In this document: positions 11,955 to 20,910 of the stretch, piece after piece
Numbering within the stretch: position 1 is the stretch's first letter
How the letters are laid out: each line of letters begins with the position of its first letter
DNA from: Verrucomicrobiota bacterium
GTDB lineage: Bacteria; Verrucomicrobiota; Verrucomicrobiia; Opitutales; Coraliomargaritaceae
Direction of reading: 5' to 3'
NCBI GenBank assembly: GCA_039815375.1
Contig: JBCBZJ010000009.1
Span: forward strand, 32,001-96,000
Length of the DNA: 64,000 nucleotides
The notes under the pieces: model-generated
What the model was told of the DNA's origin: nothing
The model's input: only the letters and a program-made list of their open reading frames with translations
The model's database searches: none
Program-made: the position numbers and the translations under genes

Positions 11955-12563
11955 ATGAAGAATCGTCTCTTACAATATTCGGCAGCTTCTGCTACAGGAG
12001 TTCTCGCTTCAACCAGTGCCTGGGGCAACATTCAATACAGTGGTCTCATTAATCTTTCGCTGAATTTCCAGGACGGAGATGAACTCTACATTGACATAGA
12101 TGGCATGTCTACTGTTGTTCAAGCTTCCGCACCTGCTGGTGCGGATTTTCGCTTGCAGGATTACGGTGGCGATGAATTCGATCTATATCGTCAGTCATCC
12201 CCCGGAGGCACCGTTAGAAGTACAGGATTCAGCATTCGCGATTTTAGCTCTGGTGAGACAATCGGTGTTGCCAATACATTCTCAGCTGGAGGGACCTTCT
12301 ACAACGGTGGCACCTTTGATAACAGTCTCGGCCAATATGCTGGGGTTGCTTTTGATTCCGGTTCTGGTATTCGTTATGGTTGGTTGCAACTCCAGTTCGA
12401 CCAAGTTGCGAATACCATCAACCTAGTTGACTTCGCCTATGATGACAGCGGTGCAGACATTGCGGCTGGAGCAGTTCCTGAGCCTGCTCATGCTCCGGTC
12501 ATTGCGGCTTTATTAGCCGGAAGTGCTGCTGCCTGCATGCGTCGCCAGCAAAAGAAGGCATAA
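11955..12563 (+). CDS. PEP-CTERM surface protein with KxRLxxYSA-type leader
   Basis: [29 protein letters not shown] leader; YAGVAF…YGWLQL…DFAYD…IAAG core; VPEP + TM + RRQQKK. Confidence 0.85.
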   Translation: MKNRLLQYSAASATGVLASTSAWGNIQYSGLINLSLNFQDGDELYIDIDGMSTVVQASAPAGADFRLQDYGGDEFDLYRQSSPGGTVRSTGFSIRDFSSGETIGVANTFSAGGTFYNGGTFDNSLGQYAGVAFDSGSGIRYGWLQLQFDQVANTINLVDFAYDDSGADIAAGAVPEPAHAPVIAALLAGSAAACMRRQQKKA

Positions 12564-12594
12564 TTCTCACTAAGAAGAAGATCTTTTTAATCAT

Positions 12595-12629
12595 AGCCTT
12601 GGGTTTTTGTTATTGCCCAAGGCTTTTTT
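12595..12629 (+). terminator. Rho-independent terminator
   Basis: AGCCTTGGG…CCCAAGGCT stem followed by a T run, downstream of the PEP-CTERM gene. Confidence 0.75.
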
Positions 12630-12647
12630 GTGCACGGATATTTTCTC

Positions 12648-12917
12648 ATGAAGCAAAACGATTTTGTGATACGTGCTCCATGGCCCGATGAATTGCCTCG
12701 CCTGAAGTCCTTTATGGGAGGGTTTCAGCTAAAGGAGGAATCAATTATTCGCATTGCACTGGCTGGCTCCTGGGAGCGAGTCATCGGTGTGGCCATCCGA
12801 GAGGAAAGTGATCGTGCTTCAAGTCAAATTTGGTTGAAGCTTCGCCCTAGATACATGGGAAGCACGATTGAACAGCAGCTACGTGAAAGCGTCTCTGCGG
12901 TCAAAGCAACCGACTGA
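12648..12917 (+). CDS. Small hypothetical protein, possibly a truncated GNAT-like fold
   Basis: IRAPWPDELPRL…ERVIGVA resembles a GNAT N-terminal half; no clear acetyl-CoA motif A. Confidence 0.45.
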   Translation: MKQNDFVIRAPWPDELPRLKSFMGGFQLKEESIIRIALAGSWERVIGVAIREESDRASSQIWLKLRPRYMGSTIEQQLRESVSAVKATD

Positions 12918-12923
12918 TTGCCG

Positions 12924-13454
12924 TTAAGCAGTCACAAATGTTTTTTTGGTGGTCATCCCTTCTCCATGCCACTCAAGATAAAGGTGCGTTTCCCGATCTT
13001 CCAGTAAGTAGAACCCCTGTCGCAAATAAAGACGGACCGCATTGCTGAATTTTTCCACGTGTAAACGCAAAGGCCGTTTGCCTTGAACACTGAAAGACTT
13101 GAGGGTTTCTATGGCAGCGGTTCCGATTCCTCTTCCCCGACATTCAGGCAATAGAGAGATATCGGCCAGACGAATTTCGTCGCGGTTGTGAAACCATAAC
13201 ATTCGACCTACAGATTGATCATCCAGCTCAATAATCACATCCGATTTTTCTTCATCCAACTGTCGGTAATGCTCGCTATGCGCATGAAACTGTTGATCAA
13301 CGATTTTTTGCGCTTCACCTGCATCCCAATGCCAGAGGCGCAAGCGCTCGCTGACCGTTAATGCAAACAAATGAGTCAGAAAGGGCTGATCATCATCATC
13401 TCGAGGTCGAAGTTTTAAAACCGCATTCACCGGGGTATTTTGGAGTAGATGCAA
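12924..13454 (-). CDS. GNAT family N-acetyltransferase
   Basis: DISLLPECRGRGIGT (motif A), LRLHV…NAVRLYLRQGF. Confidence 0.9.
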   Translation of the reverse strand: MHLLQNTPVNAVLKLRPRDDDDQPFLTHLFALTVSERLRLWHWDAGEAQKIVDQQFHAHSEHYRQLDEEKSDVIIELDDQSVGRMLWFHNRDEIRLADISLLPECRGRGIGTAAIETLKSFSVQGKRPLRLHVEKFSNAVRLYLRQGFYLLEDRETHLYLEWHGEGMTTKKTFVTA

Positions 13455-13536
13455 TCAGGCATAAAGACAGAATGCAGGTCTATGAACTAAACACCTTGCC
13501 TCTATTCCCGAAAAAATGGTTCGGGCCAATGAAGTA

Positions 13537-14133
13537 TTACGAACGTGGCGGGAAGATTCCCTGTAGGGAAATCACATAGTTCATTGCCTGGAAAGGTGGT
13601 AAGATGGAAAAAGGTACGCTGCCTCCCCTGTTATCCACTGTCACAGTGCCCGAAACACTTAAGTCCACGCCACCCAGACCAGCTGTAGGGGCGCTGGTAG
13701 AATACAATTTCACACGTTGATCGCTGGAGTCGCGACCTGAAGCGAGGTAATTGCCATTGGGTGAGCGGTTATCGGCGGCGTCATCCACAACCATCACAGA
13801 TACTCCGGAGGATGGATTAAGGTAAAATTCAGCGTCATGATGGTGTGAAGGCATATGAGCGATATCAAGCGTTACATCTTCGCGTCCGCCAACTTCACCA
13901 ATAATCGTACGCTGATAAACAGGGCTGCTTGGATTGTAACCCATGAAGGAACGGCCTCGGCAGTCGGGTAGTCCGAAGGTGCTACGGCCATCGCCGCCAT
14001 ACATCGTCCCGAGTAGCGAGAACAGAGCCTGGTTCTGGTTGACGGCCATGACTTGGCCTTGGCACATGGCCCAGTCGCGCGGAGCAAAATTGCATCCCAT
14101 TATAGTGATTTGAGAAATGAATGGTTCTGGCAT
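13537..14133 (-). CDS. Phage tail collar domain protein (microcystin-dependent protein MdpB/COG4675-like)
   Basis: NFAPRDWAMCQGQ…NQALFSLLGTMYGGDGRSTFGLPD; C-terminal NYVISLQGIFPPRS. Confidence 0.9.
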   Translation of the reverse strand: MPEPFISQITIMGCNFAPRDWAMCQGQVMAVNQNQALFSLLGTMYGGDGRSTFGLPDCRGRSFMGYNPSSPVYQRTIIGEVGGREDVTLDIAHMPSHHHDAEFYLNPSSGVSVMVVDDAADNRSPNGNYLASGRDSSDQRVKLYSTSAPTAGLGGVDLSVSGTVTVDNRGGSVPFSILPPFQAMNYVISLQGIFPPRS

Positions 14134-14175
14134 GGTAAGTAGTAACGTTTTGAGATTTAGAGAATGTGGAAATTA

Positions 14176-14772
14176 CTATGAACGAGGGGGATAAACACCA
14201 TCAAGTGCGATGACATAATTCATCGACTGGAAAGGAGCCAGGCACTGAAAACTTTGGCTGCCGCCGTTTGCTTGTGTACTAACAGAAGCTTCTATACTGA
14301 GATCCACCCCACCAAGCGTAGCGTTCGGGGTAGCCGATGAGTAGGCTTTAACACGTTGATCACTGCTGTCACGAGCTGAAGCCAGAACATTGCCATTCGG
14401 AGAGAGATCACCTGCCGCGTCATCATATGTGTTGATCCGGGCATAACTCGCTGGATCTTTAGTAAAGCTGGCTGTGTGTTTATGTACGGGTAAGTGGAGT
14501 TGGTTTAATTGAACATTTTCATAGCCTCCGATCTCACCGATAATGGTGCGTTCGTAGGGAGCAAAATTAGGATTGTAGCCGGTGAAGACTCGCCCTTTGC
14601 CATCCGGCAGCCCGAAGGTAGAGCGGCCATCACCGCCATACATGGTGCCAACTAGAGAGAAGAGTGCTGTATTTTGGGTAATTGGCAAGAGCTGGCCCTG
14701 ACAGGTCGACCAAGTTCTGGGTGCATAATTGCATCCCATAATGATGATTTCGGAGATGAATGGGTCTGCCAT
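14176..14772 (-). CDS. Phage tail collar domain protein (MdpB/COG4675-like), paralogue
   Basis: NYAPRTWSTCQGQ…ALFSLVGTMYGGDGRSTFGLPD; C-terminal NYVIALDGVYPPRS; same length (198 aa) as its neighbour. Confidence 0.9.
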   Translation of the reverse strand: MADPFISEIIIMGCNYAPRTWSTCQGQLLPITQNTALFSLVGTMYGGDGRSTFGLPDGKGRVFTGYNPNFAPYERTIIGEIGGYENVQLNQLHLPVHKHTASFTKDPASYARINTYDDAAGDLSPNGNVLASARDSSDQRVKAYSSATPNATLGGVDLSIEASVSTQANGGSQSFQCLAPFQSMNYVIALDGVYPPRS

Positions 14773-14824
14773 AATTAGCGTATCGGTTTTGAGTTAAGGG
14801 GAACGTATTCTAAAATTTTTTGAA

Positions 14825-15139
14825 TCAACCAAAGCAGGCCTGATAAACAGTGCCATCTTCATTCTGCTCAAGCGGCTCCATGAAAACGTATCGCTCTTCC
14901 ATGTGCTCGTTACTTAAGGCAAATGAGCCGGTCCAGGATGGATGGTCTTTGTTCTTATCCAGAAAAAACAAACTGAAAGGCTGTTTACGTATTTCTTTGT
15001 AATTGAAGTCGCGCTCTGTGTGCGGCTTAACTTCGCGTAATTCTAGCTCAACTGTATCTCCGTCTACCTGAGCCTTGAAGATAGTTCCTTCAAGCCCTTC
15101 GAAGTTATTAAGATTTAGCTCCTGATCCGTAGTAATCAT
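14825..15139 (-). CDS. DUF6916-like small protein
   Basis: F…G.IF…ELELREV…R.QPFSLFF…VFMEPL…YQACFG pattern typical of the family found next to tail-collar genes. Confidence 0.75.
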   Translation of the reverse strand: MITTDQELNLNNFEGLEGTIFKAQVDGDTVELELREVKPHTERDFNYKEIRKQPFSLFFLDKNKDHPSWTGSFALSNEHMEERYVFMEPLEQNEDGTVYQACFG

Positions 15140-15581
15140 GCTTTTCGAAGATTAGTTAATTTACAATTATCTGATTAGTTAAGTATGAATTATTTAGTCA
15201 ACGTAATTTATGTAGAAATTACAAAAAAATCACTAGATATATCGAAAAACATACATCCTGTTCTAAGCCGCCCGTAGATCCGGCTTGAGAGTGTTTTTAT
15301 CACTAAGCACGATGAAGATCCGAAAAATCTCCTAGCCTTGTTATCACGGTCGTAATGCTCGGTTTCTATTTCGAAGAACTATTCCGGGCCAACCATACGG
15401 GAAATTATGATATTTTCAGGAAAATAGGATTGGTTCGGTTATTCCTCGAGGCTGATGGTGGGGAATTAGCTGCGAGCTTACCAGGAGTTCTTCCCTTCAA
15501 AGGAGGCTGGCGCTGTCTTAGCGCAGTCACGATCCACAATTGTTTGTGGTCTCGGATGGATTTAGCGATTACATGCAATAC

Positions 15582-16397
15582 TCATTTATCGCAGTAGTCT
15601 GCCGTGCTGACGATACGTTCAATGACCAGCTTTGAGTCCGCTTTGATAATATATTCGCTCATACCCACGTGGTAGGGCGGGTTGCCCCAGTCATAGGTGT
15701 AGCCGAGTTGCGTCCATGGCCAGCCGGGGCTATCCGTATCTCCGCAGATGTAATACTGGTGAGCGCGTGTTGTGTTCATCCATTTACGGTGCTCGGGTGT
15801 TACGTCGCCGGGGAAATCGAGCTCAGCTTGGGAATCGTCTACTTCGGCGTCAGGACTCGGGCGGAATAGATCTGCGGGTCGGACCCATAACTCGACAAAG
15901 TAACTTTTGTCATCGTTTGGAGGCAGACCGATGAGTTGACGCAGTCGCATATCCAAATCGTCCCCGCCAAATCCCGGCTTAGAGCAGAGGTCCTGTAGGT
16001 AAGGACAGGGAGATACCCATATCAGGTGCGTGCCATTGTTATAAAAGCCATCTGGGCCGTTCTGGTAGTATTGAACGTCCGAGGCCGATATCCAGGTCTC
16101 GACAAGCACGTAGTCCTGTCCGCTGAATGTTTTCCAGAGCAGGTCCTCGTTTGTTTTGCTAATGGAATTGAGCGTGTCGACGATTTCTTTCGGAGTGGGG
16201 TTGGACGCATCATCCAAGGCATCTGCGTAGGCTTGGTCGATATTCGCGAGAACGCTTTCGGGAGCAACACTGGGTATTGGATAGGTTGCGCTCTTGCTTG
16301 CAACAGGGCTTGCCGGAGCTTTGGCCTTTCCGGTTGTGTAGCATCCGCTGATCAGAGAGGCCGTAGTAAAGAGGACGATTGGCAGTGACTTTTTCAT
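15582..16397 (-). CDS. Conserved hypothetical lipoprotein
   Basis: Lipobox LISGC; motifs RLRQLIGLPP, DLFRP, PWTQLGYTYDW, GMSEY. Confidence 0.75.
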   Translation of the reverse strand: MKKSLPIVLFTTASLISGCYTTGKAKAPASPVASKSATYPIPSVAPESVLANIDQAYADALDDASNPTPKEIVDTLNSISKTNEDLLWKTFSGQDYVLVETWISASDVQYYQNGPDGFYNNGTHLIWVSPCPYLQDLCSKPGFGGDDLDMRLRQLIGLPPNDDKSYFVELWVRPADLFRPSPDAEVDDSQAELDFPGDVTPEHRKWMNTTRAHQYYICGDTDSPGWPWTQLGYTYDWGNPPYHVGMSEYIIKADSKLVIERIVSTADYCDK

Positions 16398-16691
16398 GAG
16401 TGATGATTTAATCGAAGATGTGGTTACTGGTTATTCTCCAATACAAAGTTGACGAAATCGATTTGGATATCGATTTGCTACGCCATCTTCATTTTATTAC
16501 GTCCGCTTCGCTGATTTCGATTTCGTGACAGGTGAGAAGTAAAGCAACGCTTTTATAAATTTGTTAAATATGCTCTAACGGTATGGATCAATGGGTCGCT
16601 GCCGGTGTGTAGAGATGATTTAGTGATTTTCAGGATAAAAGAATTTCTGAAAGCCGTGCGCTTTTGTAGAGGCAAGTCTGGGTCAATCGAA

Positions 16692-19600
16692 TTAAGTGAC
16701 CATTGCTCTCATATTTTCGATTTCCTGGTTGCGCAGAGCGGTTGCTAGGTCGGTCACATGTGGGGCGGTCATCATGGAGAGGTGCGTGCCGGGAACTTCG
16801 ATAACGTTGACGGTAGCCGGGCTATAGTCCTGCCAATTTAGTTTGTGGTTTTGGCTTGAGCTCATTTCGCCCAGATCGACATCACTCTCTTGCGCTTTAT
16901 AGAGTGTGATTGGCAAATCTACCGATAAGGCGTCAGGCTGATATTGTAAGGTTGCCATCGCGTTATCTCTGTAAACTTGGACGTATTTCCCGAGTGCTCT
17001 GGCGTTGATATGATCCGAGAGAACTTTGTGGCTGAGCAGGCGATTATGCAGTAAAGTGATCTGTTGGTCGTGGTTGAGTTTACGAAGGCCTTCGATGCTT
17101 AGCTGCAAGTCGATGTGATACAACTTCTGCATCCGTGTGACGATATGTATGAGCCAGGTGGCGGTGTCCCAACTTTCGTATGGGCGCTCGTGCATAGCGG
17201 ATGGGGCGGGGTTATCGAGAATACCTAATTGCTTGATATTTCCCGCAGCTTCCGTGCCCAGCTGGCGCACCATCTCATAGGCGACGAGGCCTCCATAGGA
17301 ATGGCCGATCAGGGTGTAGGGTTGGCGGGCAAAGGGAGCTTGCTTCAGTTCATCGAGGTAGAAGGCAGCAGTCGCCTCGATGCCGGATTCTTCAGGTTTT
17401 CGTTCGGATAGCCCGACACCCTGCAATCCCCAGAGGGTGTAGTCGGGCTGTAGCAAGCGTGCGAGTTCATTGTAGTAGAGGATACTGCCCCCTGCGCCCG
17501 GAATGCAGACAATGGGCTCGCCCTCTGTGTTCGGAAGCAGGGGAGTCAGGATGGACTCGATCGAGTCTTCTGCAGTGCTAATCCACTTGGCTTGCTGCGA
17601 TATGGTCGTGTTTGAGAGCACTTCCTGCAAGCTGAGTTGTGCTTCCAGACGTTCTTCGATGGTTGCGAGCAGTTTCACTGCAAGGAGTGAGTGACCTCCG
17701 GTCTCGAAGAAGTTATCATGAATGCCGACGGTATCGACTTCGAGAGTTTCTTTCCAAATGTCCTGTAGAGTTCGCTCTAAGTCTGTCTGCGCTTCTGCGA
17801 AGCCTGTCTCGGTTCCGTTGGAAAGATTATCAAGCAGTTGTTTGATATCGGCTTTGCCATTGGGGTTAAGCGGTATCCGTTTTACTGGATGGATGAGTCC
17901 TGGGACCATTTGTTCCGGGAGTTGTTTTCCGGCCCAATCACCAAGCAATTTTGGTAGTTCTTGCAGGTTCTGGTCTGCTTTGGGAACGACGAAAGCGACT
18001 AATTGTGCATAGTCAGTTCCAGCTCGTTTGACGGTAGCAACTGACTGCTTTATCCAGCCGGACTCCTGGAGTGCGGTTTCGACTTGAAGCGGCTCGATGC
18101 GAAAGCCTCGTAGCTGAATTTGCCGATCGCTGCGACCAAGCAATTCAAGTGTTCCATTGGGTTGCTGGCGTGCGAGGTCTCCGGTCTTGTAGGCTCGCGG
18201 GCCGTTGCTGCCCGGCAATTGGACAAATGCTCGCTGGTTTGCTTTAGAATCCCCATGATAACCTGAACTTAAGCAATCGCCTGCGATGTAGACTTCTCCG
18301 GTTTCGCCTTTAGATACAGCCTGTAAATCTGTGTCCAAAATATAGATACCGGTGTTGGCAATGCATTGGCTGAGAGGAAGCGTCGCCGGGAGGGCGCCGT
18401 TGTCGTCGAAAGCTTGCAGTGGATGACTGAGAACCCCGATCGTAGCCTCAGTCGGTCCATAGTGATTGTAGATTTGGCAATGTGGTGCGAGTTTTCGTAT
18501 CTCTCGAATCCACCCGTAGTCGGCTCCTTCGCCGCCAAGGATAAGGCTTTTGCGAGGGAAGAGTTCGGTGCTGGTCTGGGTTTGCAGCAGGGTTTTCCAA
18601 TGGGAGGGGACGATCTTTAGATAATCGACTGCATTATCCTGCATGAAAATGGCAAATCTACGCGCATTGAGGCGGTCCGGTTCAGGCATGACATATAAAG
18701 TGCCACCGCTGACGAGAGAGAGGAAAAGCATGGTGTTGCCGAGATCTGCCGCGAGTGTTGAAACGAGGGCAAAGCGTGCACGCTCCTCTATGCTGAGGTC
18801 GGGCATCATGCTCAGGATATAGTTGGCGACGGACCGGTGGGAGATCGGGACTGCCTTGGGCCGTCCGGTTGAGCCGGAGGTGAAGATAATGTAAGCGGTG
18901 TCTTCTAAACGAACAGCGACAGGAGTGTCAGTAGCTTTTGGCCGGGAGAGCAGGTCATCGACTGTAAACCTAACAGCGGTTATCTCCAGGCTGGTTAGTG
19001 ACTTGGGTGCTTCCGAATCCACGAGCACGGCTAATGCCCCTGCGGTTTGAACCATATATTGCAGAAGGTCTGCGGGGTATTGCGATGGGTCCAGAGGGAG
19101 ATAGGTCGCACCGATTTTGAGGACTGCTATAATACTACAGAGCGCTGCGTCGCTCGACTGGTTGCCGATGGCAATCACATCGCCAGTTTGGAATCCCCGT
19201 TGCGATAGGTTTTGGGCAAGTTCATTCGCGGCTTGATCGAGTTTCGCGTAGCTGAGCGTCTTGATGCCGTTCGAGTAGGCGGGGCTGTTTGGGTGTTCCA
19301 CGACTTGTTGCTCAAAGAGTCTGGTCAGGCATTGGTCCGCCGCGATTTCTATGGTTGGGCCTTGCAGGCAAGGTTCCGGTGTAACGATCTCCGGTGGCGC
19401 GGTCCGTTGCCAGTTATTCAAGTCTGAAAATCGTGTTTGCGGATCGTTTGCAAAAGTCCTGAGCAGCATTTGATAGTCCTCTGCGAAGTGGCGAATGGTG
19501 GACTCTTCAAACAGATGACAGTTGTAGCCGAAGGTTGCCTGCAATTGGCCGTTATCTTCTAGCAGTGTCAGCGTTAGGTCGAATTTCCCATCGGCCTGCC

Positions 19601-20910
19601 GGAAATCGAAGGTTTCGAGGTCGCTCTGTTTCCCTTGCTTTTGCTTTATATTGGTAATCGCTTTTCGAGTCAGGAAATTGAAGCTGATGTCGAAGAAAGG
19701 TGAGCGATTCGGTTGCCGCTCCGGCTTCAATTTCTCGACGAGCCAAGGGAAAGGCGCGTCGGCGTGATCCAGTGCTTCGCGGCTCTGCCGGGCGCTCAGG
19801 CGTAGCCACTGATCGAACGTATCCGTTGCTTCGGTTTTGACGGAGCGTATAATCACCGGATTGACGAAGTAGCCAACGGTCGAGGCATATTCGGCACGTC
19901 CACGTCCTGCTGAAAAAGAGCCCAGGATCAGATCGTCACGTCTGCTGTAGTCATGTAGTTGATAAGCAAATACAGAAAGAAAAAGTGAGAATTCGGAAAT
20001 ATTCTCTTCGCGTGCTATCCCGGAGAGCTGCGAGTGGATTTCTTCAGGGACGATGCTTCGGATAGAAAGGCCCTCAAAGGTGAGGGTCGGAGGCCGGGGG
20101 TGGTCTTGTGCAGGGAGTGTGATGGGGTGTGGTGGATCTGCCAGATTCTCCTGCCAGTAGGCGAAGTTTGCCGCGCCCTCGGGGCTGCGGAGCAATTCCT
20201 GCTCTTCGCGGGCATGATCGAAATAGGAATGTTTTTCCGGTTTGAGCTGCGGTTTATTGCCCGAGACAAGAGCATTTAGAATAGTATGCAGTTCCTGGCG
20301 TAGCACCTCTCGGGTACCATCCGTCACAGATGATGTGATGCATGGTGAAGAGCACGGTGCTGGGAGTGGTCCCGTCCTCGGAAAAGACCCTGAAGCGCAC
20401 GGCTGCACTGGTTTCCAGATCGAACGGTGCTTCGTGTGCTTTGCGGGCCGCTGCATCGCGTTCGTTCATCGTGCATTGAGACAGATCGCTCCAGGCGCAA
20501 TCCATGACTGCCGGATCGGTGCGCTGCTGAATCGGCTTCGTGGCATGAAGTGGAAACCGTGTGGAGAGCATGGGGTGGCGATCCAGGAGAATCCTGAAGC
20601 TCTCGATCCAGTTTTCATAGCTTGCACCGAGCGGCGAGGTCAGAGGGATCGATTGATTATAGGCGCTGCTCTCGGGGGCGAGTTTCCAGATGTACCAGAG
20701 GGCACGTTGGCCATAGGTCAGTGGATAGGCCGAAAGCTGGTACGGCTCGTTTTTTAGGATATGGAGCAGTTCGGATTTATACTCACGGATACGCGGTAGA
20801 ATCTCCTCCGTTGGCACGCTTTCCGGTGCCCTGAACTTGAGGCGATCCCCTTCCATCCAGAAGGACCAGCGCTCCAGGCTCAAATCGATAAAGAATTCAA
20901 GTGGACTCAT
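16692..20910 (-). pseudogene. NRPS (TubC-type docking domain-C-A-PCP-TE) with a +1 frameshift at ~20315
   Basis: Docking domain (WMEGDRLKFRAP); HHIICDGW; YIIFTSGSTGRPK, NHYGPTE, YKTGD; FFETGGHSLL; TE GHSYGG. Split across ORFs 20254-20910 and 16692-20456. May be intact if the indel is a sequence error. Confidence 0.9.

Noticed and set aside
13537..14772. Prophage or tailocin suggested by the tail-collar genes
   Set aside because: No other phage structural, packaging, lysis or integration genes are in the window
15355..15597. 80-aa + strand ORF
   Set aside because: No motifs; overlaps the lipoprotein stop; probably spurious
20316..20456. N-terminus (MQRPAK…) of the 1254-aa NRPS ORF
   Set aside because: Wrong-frame translation upstream of the frameshift
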